Shown here piece by piece: positions 51,161 through 62,024 of a DNA stretch of 64,000 nt. The notes beneath the pieces are model-generated. The model made no database searches and was not told the origin of the DNA. It saw only the letters and a program-made list of their open reading frames with translations. This stretch comes from Candidatus Hydrogenedentota bacterium (GTDB taxonomy: Bacteria; Hydrogenedentota; Hydrogenedentia; Hydrogenedentales; JAEUWI01). The translations under genes and the position numbers were made by a program. The stretch is taken from assembly GCA_034669905.1 (NCBI GenBank), contig JAXMOL010000033.1, forward strand, positions 22,960 to 86,959, in the 5' to 3' direction. Position 1 is the first letter of the stretch. Every line of letters starts with the position of its first letter.

Positions 51161-51265
51161 TCATGGGTGGGTAATCCGGGGGGATGGTTTACGGGGGCCG
51201 TGTCCGCCACGTATCATGGGGGGCTTGATCCACACCGAAATTTCGGCCAACAGGGTAGTACGCAC

Positions 51266-54118
51266 ATGGCGCCTAAAAAGACTGTTTCCACCAATGTGAT
51301 TACCATCAAGGGTGCGCGCGAGCACAACCTCGACAACCTGAATCTGGAAATCCCGCGCGAAAAACTCGTGGTCATCACCGGCCTCAGTGGCTCGGGGAAG
51401 TCGAGCCTCGCCTTCGACACCCTCTATGCCGAAGGGCAGCGCCGCTATGTGGAGAGCCTCTCCGCCTACGCACGCCAGTTCCTCGATCAGATGGACAAGC
51501 CCGATGTGGATCATATCGAAGGGCTGAGTCCCGCCATCTCCATCGAGCAGAAGACGACCCACCGGAACCCCCGGTCCACGGTCGGCACCGTGACCGAGAT
51601 CTACGATTACCTGCGGCTCCTCTTTGCGCGTATCGGCACGCCCCACTGCTACAAGTGCGGACAGGTGATTGAAGCCCAGACGACCCAGACCATCGTCGAC
51701 TCTGTGTTGGCCCTGCCCGAAGGCACCAAGGCGCAGTTGCTCGCCCCCATCATTCGCCAGCGCAAAGGCACCTATCAGAAAGTCTTCGAAGACGTGAAGC
51801 GCCAGGGCTTCGCCCGCATCCGGGTGGATGGCACCTTCTATCACGTGGACGATGACATTGAGATGGAGCGCTATGTAAAGCACGACATCGACGTGGTGGT
51901 GGATCGGGTGGCCGTGAAAGACAGCGCCCGGAAGCGCATCACCGATTCGGTGGAAATCTGCCTCAAACAAGGCAAGGGCCTCATCCGCATCTGGTATCAA
52001 ACCAAGGACGGGGAAGAGGGCGAAATGCTCCAGAGCGAACACCTCGCCTGTGTGGCCTGCGGCATTGCCTCGGAAGAACTGGAGCCCCGGGCCTTCTCCT
52101 TCAATAACCCCCATGGTGCCTGCCCCAATTGCACGGGCCTCGGCACGGTGATGGAAGTGGACCCCGAGCTGGTCATCCCCGATCCCCAACTCAGTATCGA
52201 GAAAGGTGCCGTGCGGCCCTGGAGCATGCACAAGGCCATGGACGGTATGTATCGCCGGGCCCTGCTCTCTGTGTGTAAACACTACAAACAGAGCCCCCAG
52301 AAGGCGTGGTCCAGTCTGCCCCAGGATTTTCGCGATGCCGTCCTCTATGGGTCGGGCAAAGAGGAAGTTTCCTTTTCCTATTCCAACTCCAAGCGCACCT
52401 ACGAAACCAAACGGGTCTTCGAAGGCGTTATTCCCAACCTGGAGCGGCGCTTCCGCGACACCGACTCCAACTGGTCCCGCGATACGATTGCCGAGTTCAT
52501 GGCCAAGCGGCCCTGCCCCCAGTGTAATGGCTCACGCCTTCGCCCGGAGTCCATGGCCGTGAAAGTGGACGACCACACCATCATGGATGTGACTGCCATG
52601 TCCATCGGGCACGCCGTGGAGTATATGAAGGGGCTCAAGCTGGAGAAGTCCCAGAAAATCATTGCCGAGCGCATCCTCAAAGAGATTCGCGAGCGGCTCG
52701 GTTTCCTTTCCAGCGTGGGCCTCAACTATCTTTCCCTCGACCGGCAGGCGGGCTCCCTTTCGGGGGGCGAATCACAGCGCATCCGGCTGGCGACCCAGAT
52801 TGGCTCGGGCCTCGTGGGCGTGGTCTACATCCTCGACGAGCCAAGCATCGGCCTTCACCAGCGGGACAACGCCAAACTTATCGCCACCCTGGAGCGCCTC
52901 CGCAATCTGGGGAACACCGTGATCGTCGTGGAACACGACGAGGATACGATTCGCACGGCGGACTATGTCATCGACATGGGGCCGGGCGCGGGGGTCCACG
53001 GCGGTCGTATCGTGGCCCAGGGCACGCCCAAGCAGCTCATGGCCTCGAAGAAATCCCTCACGGGCCAATACCTCACGGGGAAGCTCTCCATTCACGCGCC
53101 CGAGGAATTGCGGAAGCCCGGCGATAAGTTTATCGCCATCCGCGGGGCAACCCACAACAACCTGAAGAAGGTGAATGTCGATATCCCCCTGGGGCTCTTC
53201 GTGTGCATCACGGGAGTGTCGGGCTCGGGTAAATCGAGTCTCATCAACGAGACCCTTTATCCGGCCGTGTCCCGCGCGCTCCATGGCGGCTCCAAGAAAA
53301 AGCCCGGGGCCCACAAGGCCATCGAAGGCCTGGAGCACATCGACAAGATTATCGACATCGACCAGTCGCCCATTGGCCGCACGCCTCGGTCGAACCCGGC
53401 CACCTACACGGGCATGTTCGGACCTATTCGTGATTTGTTTGCCAAGTTGCCCGAAGCCAAGGCCCGAGGCTATAAACCCGGACGCTTCAGTTTCAACGTA
53501 AAGGGCGGACGCTGTGAGGCCTGCGAGGGCAACGGACTGATTACTATTGAGATGCACTTCCTGCCCGATGTCTACGTGCCCTGCGATACCTGCAATGGGC
53601 ACCGCTATAACCGGGACACGCTGGAAGTCCGCTACAAAGGGAAGAACATCGCCGAGGTGCTCGAGATGACGGTGGAAGACGGCTGCACCTTCTTCAAGGC
53701 GATTCCGGCCATCTATCGCCCTGTCCAGACCCTGTTCGATGTGGGGCTCGGCTACATCACCCTCGGCCAGGCGGCCACGACCCTTTCGGGGGGCGAGGCG
53801 CAGCGCGTGAAGCTGGCTTCCGAATTGGCCAAGCGCCAGACAGGCCGGACCCTCTACATCCTCGACGAGCCGACCACGGGCTTACACGCCGCCGATGTGG
53901 ACAAGCTCCTCCAGGTGCTGCACCGCCTCACCGGCTACGGCAACACGGTGGTGGTCATCGAGCACAACCTGGACGTCATCCGCACGGCGGACTGGATCAT
54001 CGATATTGGTCCCGAAGGCGGCGACGCGGGCGGCAAGATCATCGCCACCGGACCACCCGCGAAAATCGTGAAGCAGAAGAAAAGCTACACAGGCCAGTAT
54101 TTGAAGGATAAGCTGTAG
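51266..54118 (+). CDS. uvrA: Excinuclease ABC subunit A
   Basis: [18 protein letters not shown], zinc fingers, [16 protein letters not shown], second ABC module. Confidence 0.98.
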   Translation: MAPKKTVSTNVITIKGAREHNLDNLNLEIPREKLVVITGLSGSGKSSLAFDTLYAEGQRRYVESLSAYARQFLDQMDKPDVDHIEGLSPAISIEQKTTHRNPRSTVGTVTEIYDYLRLLFARIGTPHCYKCGQVIEAQTTQTIVDSVLALPEGTKAQLLAPIIRQRKGTYQKVFEDVKRQGFARIRVDGTFYHVDDDIEMERYVKHDIDVVVDRVAVKDSARKRITDSVEICLKQGKGLIRIWYQTKDGEEGEMLQSEHLACVACGIASEELEPRAFSFNNPHGACPNCTGLGTVMEVDPELVIPDPQLSIEKGAVRPWSMHKAMDGMYRRALLSVCKHYKQSPQKAWSSLPQDFRDAVLYGSGKEEVSFSYSNSKRTYETKRVFEGVIPNLERRFRDTDSNWSRDTIAEFMAKRPCPQCNGSRLRPESMAVKVDDHTIMDVTAMSIGHAVEYMKGLKLEKSQKIIAERILKEIRERLGFLSSVGLNYLSLDRQAGSLSGGESQRIRLATQIGSGLVGVVYILDEPSIGLHQRDNAKLIATLERLRNLGNTVIVVEHDEDTIRTADYVIDMGPGAGVHGGRIVAQGTPKQLMASKKSLTGQYLTGKLSIHAPEELRKPGDKFIAIRGATHNNLKKVNVDIPLGLFVCITGVSGSGKSSLINETLYPAVSRALHGGSKKKPGAHKAIEGLEHIDKIIDIDQSPIGRTPRSNPATYTGMFGPIRDLFAKLPEAKARGYKPGRFSFNVKGGRCEACEGNGLITIEMHFLPDVYVPCDTCNGHRYNRDTLEVRYKGKNIAEVLEMTVEDGCTFFKAIPAIYRPVQTLFDVGLGYITLGQAATTLSGGEAQRVKLASELAKRQTGRTLYILDEPTTGLHAADVDKLLQVLHRLTGYGNTVVVIEHNLDVIRTADWIIDIGPEGGDAGGKIIATGPPAKIVKQKKSYTGQYLKDKL

Positions 54119-54158
54119 GGGCATAGTAGAGGAGCTTGCGAGAGCAGGTGGCGTTTCA

Positions 54159-54452
54159 GCACGGGTAAACCCTGCCGGGCCTACCCGTGGCTCCCTTTCG
54201 TGACGTTGGGGTGCCACCCTCAAAGACGGGAGCTCCGCGACCGCATTTGTGGGTGTGGCTTGTCCAGGGGTATGGGAATTGTCTTGACGACGTGTGGCGT
54301 TCATGGGTCACCCACAAGCTTCTGTGGCTTCGCCACAACGCTTGAGGGTGGCACCCTTGGGGCTCTTTCATGACGTTGGTGTGGCACCCTTGGGTCTCTT
54401 TGGTGACGTTACCCGTGGCACTCCACCGTTGCTGTGCTGACACCAACGTGCC
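54159..54452. repeat. Cluster of GTGGCACCC-family repeats between convergent uvrA and queA
   Basis: gggtgccaccctcaa (about 54208) is inverted to ttgagggtggcaccc (about 54342); tandem gtggcac units at 54348, 54381, 54415. Confidence 0.7.
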
Positions 54453-55475
54453 CTACAGAATCAGCATCACGTCGCCGTAGGAATAAAACCGAAACTTTTC
54501 GCGGATGGCGTACTGATAGGCCTCCATGATGAGGTCGCGCCCGGCGAAGGCGAAGACCAGGGCCAGGAGGCTCGACTTGGGCAGGTGGAAGTTGGTCTGC
54601 AAGACATCCACGCCGCCGAAGTCGTAGGGCGGATAGATGTACTTGTCCGTGCGCCCTTCGCCGGCCTGGAAGGCACCGTCGCGAAACTGGGTTTCCAGGG
54701 TGCGGGTGGCCGTCGTACCAATGGCCACGACCCGTCCGCCCTGGGCGCGCGTCGCGTTGAGGGTGGCCGCCGCCTCTTCCGACACGAAAAAGTCTTCGGG
54801 GTCTACGTAGTGCTCTTCCAGCGTTTCCGCCGAGATGGGCTTGAAGGTGCCGTAGCCCACGTGGAGGGTTATAGCGGCCCGATTCACCCCCTTGGCATCC
54901 AGCGCCGCAAAGACTTCGGGCGTAAAATGGAGCCCCGCCGTGGGAGCCGCCACGGCGCCATGCTGGGCGGCATAGACCGTCTGATAGCGCGTCAGGTCGC
55001 TGTCCACCTGGGTGTCCCGATGGATGTAGGGGGGCAGGGGCAGTTCGCCGATGGTTTCGAGTGTCTGGATGACGTCGGGCGTGTCGAAGGTGACCAGCCG
55101 TCGTCCCTCGGGCAACACCGCGCCGGCTGTCGCCACCACGCCGCCGGCCAGATGGACCGCCGTGCCCGGTTTGACCTTGGCGGAAGGGCGCACGAGGGCC
55201 GTCCATTCGCCGGGGCCCTCTTCGTGGAGCAGGAATATCTCCACCTTGCCGCCCGTGGGCTTGGTGCCATGAAGGCGCGCCCGGATAACCCGGGTGTCAT
55301 TGAGCGCCAGGCAATCACCGGAATTCAGGTAGTTCGGCTGATTGGCGAACACATCCTCCGTGATCGTGCCTGCCGCGCGGTCAATCACGAGCATACGTGA
55401 CTGGTCCCGATTGGGGCAGGGTTCCTGGGCGATGAGTGCTTCGGGGAGGTCGTAGTGGAGGTCGTCGACGTGCAT
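54453..55475 (-). CDS. queA: S-adenosylmethionine:tRNA ribosyltransferase-isomerase
   Basis: LPEALIAQ.P, PLPPYI, RYQTVYA, AAPTAGLHF, TNFHLPKS, FYSYGD. Confidence 0.98.
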   Translation of the reverse strand: MHVDDLHYDLPEALIAQEPCPNRDQSRMLVIDRAAGTITEDVFANQPNYLNSGDCLALNDTRVIRARLHGTKPTGGKVEIFLLHEEGPGEWTALVRPSAKVKPGTAVHLAGGVVATAGAVLPEGRRLVTFDTPDVIQTLETIGELPLPPYIHRDTQVDSDLTRYQTVYAAQHGAVAAPTAGLHFTPEVFAALDAKGVNRAAITLHVGYGTFKPISAETLEEHYVDPEDFFVSEEAAATLNATRAQGGRVVAIGTTATRTLETQFRDGAFQAGEGRTDKYIYPPYDFGGVDVLQTNFHLPKSSLLALVFAFAGRDLIMEAYQYAIREKFRFYSYGDVMLIL

Positions 55476-55997
55476 GGGTGCTGGGTGCCTGGTGGAAATT
55501 GCGCGATGGTAGGCCGTCGTTGGCCGGGAGCAAGATCATATCATGCCGGGCCTGTCCGTGGCACCCGGAGACTGCTCTTCAGGTGCGAGGCTGCCTTTGC
55601 TGTAAAGGTTTCATAAAGGTTCTTATTCCATAACTCTCCCTACGCTGTTTGCACTGAGTTCGAGCGCCGAACCTGTGTTGGAATCTGAGAGGGCTACCAC
55701 CTGCACGGTTCCGGGTGCCAAACTCGTGCCGAAGCTCCCTGCGCCATCATGTCCACGAACGAACTCCGGTCAGCACGCCCCGTGGATGAGATTGCAGGGC
55801 TAAGTCTGGAATGGATACGTGCCTGTTCATCCCTTAAAAGGGGCTTTTGTGTTATGTCTTTAAGTCGGAAAGAGTTAGGTATATAGTGTTCACAGATGAA
55901 TAAGAATCGCCGAATTAATGGCGATAATTCACCATGGAATGGGCGACGGTTTTTCTTAAGTGGTTTAGCGTAAAGGGTTTGCCCCATGATCGCGCTA

Positions 55998-56013
55998 TGG
56001 GAACGATTCTTGC
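55998..56013 (+). promoter_or_regulatory. Sigma-54 (-24/-12) promoter of PEP-CTERM gene 1
   Basis: GG-AACGATTCTT-GC, exact GG-N10-GC spacing; mirrored upstream of the paralog. Confidence 0.7.
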
Positions 56014-56166
56014 TTCAAAGTGGCCGCAGCAGAAGAGGGTATGTGCTTGGGCAAGGGGCTTGGGGTTGCTGAAACATCAAATTCTCCTTTCGCTGCGCTG
56101 TTCGTCCAGTGTGTGCTGGATATCCATTTTGGCGGGGCAATTGCCCTGAATCGAAGGAGATTTGAG

Positions 56167-56958
56167 TTGAAGAAGACAGTTTTGACCTTGATGATGGCGG
56201 CGGCACTCGGCATGGCCGGAACGGCCTCGGCCGTGAGTTATGATGCCAACCTGACCCATGGTGTCATCATGGGTGATGGCATTGGTACCGGTTCGTGGAC
56301 CGTTGATCAAAACAGTGGTGTTGAGCTTGGACTGCGCGCCAAGCTGCGTCACAATGCCATCGGTAATCCAGAGAATACGTACAATAGCAACGGGGACGGC
56401 ACCTATAGTTTTGCGGCCGGCGTCGCGCCAACGCAGAGTGCCCCCACGGGCGTCTGGAGTTTCGAGTGGTCCATTAATACCGATTTCGACGGAACGAGCG
56501 GATTCGACCTCGATGAATTGACCTATGAATTGGGACTGGATAAGGACGCTGGCGCGGGCACCGATTTCGAAATCTTTGACCCCATCAACGATCTCGATCC
56601 CAATTCGGCCTGGCCGTTCCTCTACTGGGATCACAGCCTGGGAAACAATGCCACGACCGCCGCGACGGACGTTAAAGCGACTGTGTTTAACTACAATACC
56701 CATATCAGCAACAACAATGTGGCCCAGAATTCCTGGAAAGCACACTGGTACATCCCAGGCTTCGACCCGACCCTGGATGGCGTGTACAACATCTACTTGA
56801 GCGCCTCGGACAGCAACGGTCTGGTGTCCCGCACGGAAATTCAAGTCATCGTGGGTGCCGGTGCAAGTGCACCGATCCCCGAGCCTGCAACCATGACCCT
56901 GCTGGGCCTTGGGCTTGCCGGTCTCGGTCTCCGCGCCCGCAAGCGGAACATTGCGTGA
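56167..56958 (+). CDS. PEP-CTERM sorting domain protein (paralog 1)
   Basis: AAGGAG then TTG start; signal peptide; C-terminal IPEPATMTLLGLGLAGLGLRARKR. Confidence 0.92.
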   Translation: MKKTVLTLMMAAALGMAGTASAVSYDANLTHGVIMGDGIGTGSWTVDQNSGVELGLRAKLRHNAIGNPENTYNSNGDGTYSFAAGVAPTQSAPTGVWSFEWSINTDFDGTSGFDLDELTYELGLDKDAGAGTDFEIFDPINDLDPNSAWPFLYWDHSLGNNATTAATDVKATVFNYNTHISNNNVAQNSWKAHWYIPGFDPTLDGVYNIYLSASDSNGLVSRTEIQVIVGAGASAPIPEPATMTLLGLGLAGLGLRARKRNIA

Positions 56959-56996
56959 GTTCCGCCTGCGCGGAGTCTCTTGCCTCTTAAATAAAT

Positions 56997-57027
56997 ACGC
57001 CCCGCATGCTTCATGCGGGGCGTTCTT
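56997..57027 (+). terminator. Probable (bidirectional) terminator hairpin
   Basis: acgccccgcatg-ctt-catgcggggcgt between convergent genes. Confidence 0.65.
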
Positions 57028-57099
57028 GATCAATATGATGGGCGTCCCGTGTGGCTGGTCATGCCGCACGGGATGATTTGCTATGGACGAGCAGCGTGG

Positions 57100-57942
57100 T
57101 TATTCCCCGGCTTCCGGGAAGCTCACCGTGATGGCATACACCACCGGGTCGAGTTCCTGCATCACCGCATGGTCGGAGCTGAACTCCGTGTCGCCCGCAA
57201 CCTGGGAATACTTCTCCTGCGGAAAGTCCGGCTTGGCGTCATAATCGGGCTGGAAGGTGAGGCCGAAAAATACGGGTTGAAAGCCCTTCTCCGGGTCTTC
57301 GTGGGGGAGACCCGTGATGTGCCCGTTGTTGCCTTCCGACAGGGAGCCGCCATAGTCCCACTCGAAGCCATAGAGCTTGAAGGGCTTGCCATTGATTTCC
57401 TGGACCTTGGTAAGGGGCGTACCCAGGGAAATGCCTTCGGCCGTTTTCCAGACCGATTTCGTGCCGGTCAGCTCTACCGTGGCAGGCTTTGCCTTGTTCT
57501 CGGGGTCTATCCAGAGGATACGGACCGTCTTGGTCTCGTCATCGAGAAAGAGGCCCGTGCCCATTTCCGTTTCTCCTTCGCCCAGGAAAAACTCCGTGTC
57601 CTTCACATTCTCGGCACCATAGGCGGCAATGAGATCGGCGGCGGTGGAGCTGGCCGTGATCTTTCCGACCCGTTCACCGGGGACGATGAGCCAGTCTTCG
57701 GCCGGGGCTGCCGCTTCCGGGGCAGGTGGGGGTGTTACGGGGGCCGGAGTCGCGTCCGGCGTTGCTTCGGCAGCCGGCGTGGCGTCCATGCTTTCCGCAG
57801 TGGAGGCCGATTCCGTCGGCGCAACCGGTGCAGGGGTAGTGCCTGGCGTTTCCGGGGTGGTGGACTTTCCGCAGCCCATAACAGACAGGGCAATCAAGGC
57901 GCACAGGGCGAGCAGCGGAAGGCGCGCGGGTTTACGGTGCAT
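57100..57942 (-). CDS. Hypothetical lipoprotein with Pro/Ala/Thr-rich linker
   Basis: Lipobox VMG-C; low-complexity linker; globular domain with NGKPF.L.GFEWDYGG. Confidence 0.8.
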   Translation of the reverse strand: MHRKPARLPLLALCALIALSVMGCGKSTTPETPGTTPAPVAPTESASTAESMDATPAAEATPDATPAPVTPPPAPEAAAPAEDWLIVPGERVGKITASSTAADLIAAYGAENVKDTEFFLGEGETEMGTGLFLDDETKTVRILWIDPENKAKPATVELTGTKSVWKTAEGISLGTPLTKVQEINGKPFKLYGFEWDYGGSLSEGNNGHITGLPHEDPEKGFQPVFFGLTFQPDYDAKPDFPQEKYSQVAGDTEFSSDHAVMQELDPVVYAITVSFPEAGE

Positions 57943-58230
57943 GGTGTCGTACTCCATTCTATAAGGCCAGTTCGTGGGGTGCCCATGACGATCACAGGCA
58001 CGGTGGCCCAGTGTAATCGGCCACCAAAAAGGGATTCAAGTTTTCTTGGCAGAAATGAGAATACCATGAGTTTCCCGTGGGGCCACGGGGAATGCTGGAT
58101 GTGTTCCTATGTTAGATTCTGTTCACATTTGATAAACAATATCCGTAAAAGTGCCGGTAATTTGACGACCTGAAAAGGGGCGTATTTTCTAAGTGGCTGG
58201 CATGGTTTCTCTTAACAGTGCGACTATCAC

Positions 58231-58246
58231 TCGGTATGATTCTTGC
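58231..58246 (+). promoter_or_regulatory. Sigma-54 (-24/-12) promoter of PEP-CTERM gene 2
   Basis: GG-TATGATTCTT-GC. Confidence 0.7.
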
Positions 58247-58410
58247 ACTTGTTATTACCATAGCGAGAGAGTGAAGTGTGCTTGGGCAAGGCGCTTGGGG
58301 TTGCTTCGAATTCAGTTCCTTTCTCGGTATATCCAAGGTCGTCCAGTGTGTGCTGGAGAGTTGTACTCAGGCAGGGGAATTTTCCCAGAGAGAAACAGGA
58401 GAGTGTTTTT

Positions 58411-59217
58411 ATGAAGAACAAGACAATTATGGCTGCGACTATCGCTGCCGCCCTTACGGTTGCGGGAAGCGCATCCGCCGTCACTACTTTTGACGACAAC
58501 GTAACACCCGTAAATGGAGTTGTCGGTGGTATGATTTTCGGTGGTGGTAACTCCAATGGCAGCTTCACCGTCGATCGTGAAGGAAGTGTAGAACTCGGAC
58601 TGCGCGGAAAGCTCCGTCATAATGGGTCCGGTATTGCGGAAAACACTTTCAACAGCAATGGCGACGGCACCTACTCCTTCGCCGCAGGCGTTGCCCCGAC
58701 TCAGTCCGCCCCGACCGGTGTTTGGAGCTTCGAGTGGGCTATCAACACCGACTATAATGACACCACTGGGTTCAACCTCGGTGACCTGACCTACGAACTC
58801 GGAATTGACTTTGATCCGGGTGCCGGCACGAGCTTCGTGGCGTTCGATCCAATTCACACCCCCAATCCCGGGCAGGCAGACGGTCACTGGGACCACTCCA
58901 TTGGCGACAACACCACCGGTGGTGGTGCGGGTTCCGAAGCGACGGATATCGCCAGTTACAATGCACTTGTTGCCAACAATAATGTGGCCCAGCAGTCCTG
59001 GAAAGCCCACTGGTACATCCCCGGCTTCGACCCGACCGTTGACGGTGTATACGACTTCTATCTTAGTGCGTCGGACGGTAGCGGCGAAATCGCCCGCACC
59101 GAAATCCAGATCATCGTGGGTGCTGGCGCGCCCATCCCCGAACCTGCGACCATGACCCTTCTTGGTCTTGGCCTTGCCGGTCTCGGACTTCGCGCCCGCA
59201 AGCGCAAGAGCGCCTGA
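58411..59217 (+). CDS. PEP-CTERM sorting domain protein (paralog 2)
   Basis: AGGAG RBS; signal peptide; shared VELGLR.KLRHN...NSNGDGTYSFAAGVAPTQSAPTGVWSFEW; IPEPATMTLLGLGLAGLGLRARKR. Confidence 0.92.
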   Translation: MKNKTIMAATIAAALTVAGSASAVTTFDDNVTPVNGVVGGMIFGGGNSNGSFTVDREGSVELGLRGKLRHNGSGIAENTFNSNGDGTYSFAAGVAPTQSAPTGVWSFEWAINTDYNDTTGFNLGDLTYELGIDFDPGAGTSFVAFDPIHTPNPGQADGHWDHSIGDNTTGGGAGSEATDIASYNALVANNNVAQQSWKAHWYIPGFDPTVDGVYDFYLSASDGSGEIARTEIQIIVGAGAPIPEPATMTLLGLGLAGLGLRARKRKSA

Positions 59218-59253
59218 TAGCCACTGACTACACGCAAGAGTGGTCACAAGTTT

Positions 59254-59290
59254 GCCCCGCATCGCCTTCCTGAGGTGGTGCGGGGTTTTT
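59254..59290 (+). terminator. Intrinsic terminator
   Basis: ccccgcatcgcct...aggtggtgcgggg followed by TTTTT. Confidence 0.75.
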
Positions 59291-59593
59291 GCATTTATCC
59301 CAGTCAGGGTGAAATACGGGCGTGGGACTTGCACCGAATCGGTGTACACCCTATGATACAAGGCGTGCAGCCCGTGGCAGTGCGGGGTGGCAAGAACAGG
59401 GTGGGTCAATGATTTCCATGACAAGCCTGCGAATCATCATGAATCAGCGTGCGCCCCAAGTGCACGCGGTTCAGTTCGCCCGTTCTGTGGCCCCCTTGAC
59501 GGCATTGGCCCCCCCGTTGTACGATACTGAACACTTCCTAACGACCGTTAAGTAGAGCGGCCCAACATTTCGGAGAGAAGGAGAGAAGAACCC

Positions 59594-61993
59594 ATGCGGG
59601 AAATTAAACGTGTTGCCGTGCTCGGCTCCGGCGTTATGGGCGCCGCGATTGCCGCCCACCTGGCAAACTGTGGCATCCCCAGCATCATGCTGGATATCGT
59701 GCCCCCCGACTTGTCCGATGCGGATAAGAAAAAGAAGAGCAAGCGCAACGCCATCGTAGACGGGGCCAAGGCCGCCCTCCTCAAGGCCAAGCCCTCGCCT
59801 ATTTACACCAAGTCGGTGTTGGGTCTCATTGAAACGGGTAATTTCGACGATGACATGGGCAAGATCGCCGATTGCGACTGGATCGTGGAGGTGGTGAAGG
59901 AAGACCTCAAGATTAAGAAGATGGTCTACGCCAACATCGCGAAACACCGCACCGAGGGCACCATCGTCAGCTCCAACACGAGCGGCATCCCCATCAAGGC
60001 CATGGCGGCCGATATGACGGAAGAGATGAGCGCCCACTTCCTCGGCACCCACTTCTTCAATCCGCCCCGCTACCTCAAGCTGTTGGAAATCATCCCCAGC
60101 CCCAACACGAAGCCCGAAGTCATTGAGACCATGGCGGCCTTTTGTGAAAACGTCCTGGGCAAGGGTATCGTCTATGCCAAAGACACGCCCAACTTTGTGG
60201 CCAACCGCCTCCTCACTTTCGCCATGCAATACACCATGCACGAGATGGGCAAAGACGGCCTGAGCTTCGAAGAAGTGGACGCCCTCACGGGACCGGCCAT
60301 CGGCCACGCTTCTTCCGCCACCTTCCGCACGGCCGACCTGGTGGGCCTTGATACGCTCAACCTGGTGGTGGGCAATGTGCGTAATGGCTGCCCCGATGAT
60401 GAGCGGGTAGACCTCATGCAAGGGCCCGATTGGTTTGACAAGATGGTGGAGAAGGGCCTCCTCGGGAATAAGAGTGGCTCTGGCTTCTACAAGAAGACCA
60501 AAGAGCGGGATGAGAAGGGCAGGTCTATTATCCTGGGCCTCGATCCCGAGACCCTCGAATACCGTCCCCCCATTAAGCCCCGCTTCGAATGCACCGGCGC
60601 GGTCCGCAATGTGGAGACCATCGAAGAGAAGCTCAAAATCATGAATCTGGGCGACGACAAGGGCGCTCAGTTTGTCTTCAAGCAATTTGCCAACCTGGCC
60701 CAGTACGCGGGCAACCGCATCCCCGAGATTGCCGACGACATTGTGAACATCGACAATGCGGTCAAGTGGGGATTCGCCTGGGAAGTGGGCATCTTTGAAA
60801 CCTGGGATATCCTGGGTTTTGACACGGTCTGCGAAAAGATGGCCACCATCGGCGTGGCGCTTCCGCCCATTGCCAAGGCCCTGAAAGACGCGGGCTTCAA
60901 CAGCTTCTACCGCGTCGAGAACGGCGTCGACGAGTACTTCGACCTCGACAGCAAGTCCTATAAGGCTGTGCCCAAGAATCCCCGGGAAATCAGCCTGGCC
61001 AACATCAAGACCGACAGCACCAAGGTGGTGGCGACGAACGACAGCGCCAGTCTCATCGACATGGGCGACGGTATTGTCTGCTGCGAATTTCATTGCAAGA
61101 TGAACGCCATCGACCCCGACCTTACCGCCATGATTAACAAGGGCGTGGATCTGCTCGAGGCCGATGAATTCGACGGCATGATCATTGCCAACCAGGGACC
61201 CCACTTTTGTGCGGGCGCCAACATCTTCCTGATTCTCGGCGAAATCATGCAGCAGAATTGGGACGGCGTCGAGAAGGCCGTACGCGGATTGCAGGGCACG
61301 CTCCTTCGGATGAAGTATTGCAGCAAGCCCGTGGTCGCCGCACCCCACCATTACACCTTCGGTGGCGGCGTCGAAATCTGCCAGCATGCCGACCGCGTCG
61401 TGCTCGCGGGCGAGACCTATGCGGGCCTCGTCGAAATGGGCGTGGGCCTCATTCCCGGTGGCGGTGGCTGCAAAGAGATGCACCTCCGCGCCATGGAATA
61501 CTGTCCCGCCAACGTCATCGTAGACCCCTTCCCCTTCCTGCGTCGTTCCTTTGAGGCCATCGGACAGGCCAAGGTGGGTACGAGTGCGGCTGAGGTTATC
61601 GAGCTCGGCTATTTCCGTCGCAGCGATATTGTGTTGCCCAACTACGAGCACCAGATTGCCAAGGCCAAGTCGGTCTGTCAGGGCATGGTCGTGGCCGGCT
61701 ACAAGCCACCGATTCCGCCCCAACTCAAGGCCCTGGGCAATGGCCCTGCGGCGGCCTTCAACGCCGCGGTGTGGAGCATGCAGCAAAATGGCTGGGCCAG
61801 CGAACACGACGCCCTCATCGCCAGCAAGGCTGTCAACGTCCTCGTGGGCGGGGATCGCCTGGCGGGCACGCCCATTACCGAGCAGGACCTCCTGGATCTC
61901 GAATGCGAAGGCTTCCTCAGTCTCTGCGGTACGGAAAAGACCGTCGAGCGCATTCAGCACATGTTGATGAACAACAAACCGCTGCGGAATTAG
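59594..61993 (+). CDS. fadN: 3-hydroxyacyl-CoA dehydrogenase / enoyl-CoA hydratase fusion (FadN-type architecture)
   Basis: VLGSGVMG, SSNTSG, HFFNPPRY; C-terminal crotonase FCAGAN, GGG.E, GLVE.GVGLIP; ends KPLRN. Confidence 0.9.
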   Translation: MREIKRVAVLGSGVMGAAIAAHLANCGIPSIMLDIVPPDLSDADKKKKSKRNAIVDGAKAALLKAKPSPIYTKSVLGLIETGNFDDDMGKIADCDWIVEVVKEDLKIKKMVYANIAKHRTEGTIVSSNTSGIPIKAMAADMTEEMSAHFLGTHFFNPPRYLKLLEIIPSPNTKPEVIETMAAFCENVLGKGIVYAKDTPNFVANRLLTFAMQYTMHEMGKDGLSFEEVDALTGPAIGHASSATFRTADLVGLDTLNLVVGNVRNGCPDDERVDLMQGPDWFDKMVEKGLLGNKSGSGFYKKTKERDEKGRSIILGLDPETLEYRPPIKPRFECTGAVRNVETIEEKLKIMNLGDDKGAQFVFKQFANLAQYAGNRIPEIADDIVNIDNAVKWGFAWEVGIFETWDILGFDTVCEKMATIGVALPPIAKALKDAGFNSFYRVENGVDEYFDLDSKSYKAVPKNPREISLANIKTDSTKVVATNDSASLIDMGDGIVCCEFHCKMNAIDPDLTAMINKGVDLLEADEFDGMIIANQGPHFCAGANIFLILGEIMQQNWDGVEKAVRGLQGTLLRMKYCSKPVVAAPHHYTFGGGVEICQHADRVVLAGETYAGLVEMGVGLIPGGGGCKEMHLRAMEYCPANVIVDPFPFLRRSFEAIGQAKVGTSAAEVIELGYFRRSDIVLPNYEHQIAKAKSVCQGMVVAGYKPPIPPQLKALGNGPAAAFNAAVWSMQQNGWASEHDALIASKAVNVLVGGDRLAGTPITEQDLLDLECEGFLSLCGTEKTVERIQHMLMNNKPLRN

Positions 61994-62024
61994 TAGCCAT
62001 CGGTCAGACGAAAATAAATAGTTG

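Noticed and set aside
54340..54450. CRISPR array
   Set aside because: Units abut without unique spacers, are degenerate, and no cas genes are present.
56042..56150. c-di-GMP-I riboswitch in the PEP-CTERM leaders
   Set aside because: Only GGCAA and GGGGTTGC resemble it; the GNRA loop, receptor and GACGCAAA-type core are absent.
55934..56166. Upstream-extended starts of the PEP-CTERM ORFs (56020, 58276) sharing MCLGK.LGVA
   Set aside because: The similarity comes from the conserved nucleotide block. The RBS and signal peptides support starts at 56167 and 58411.
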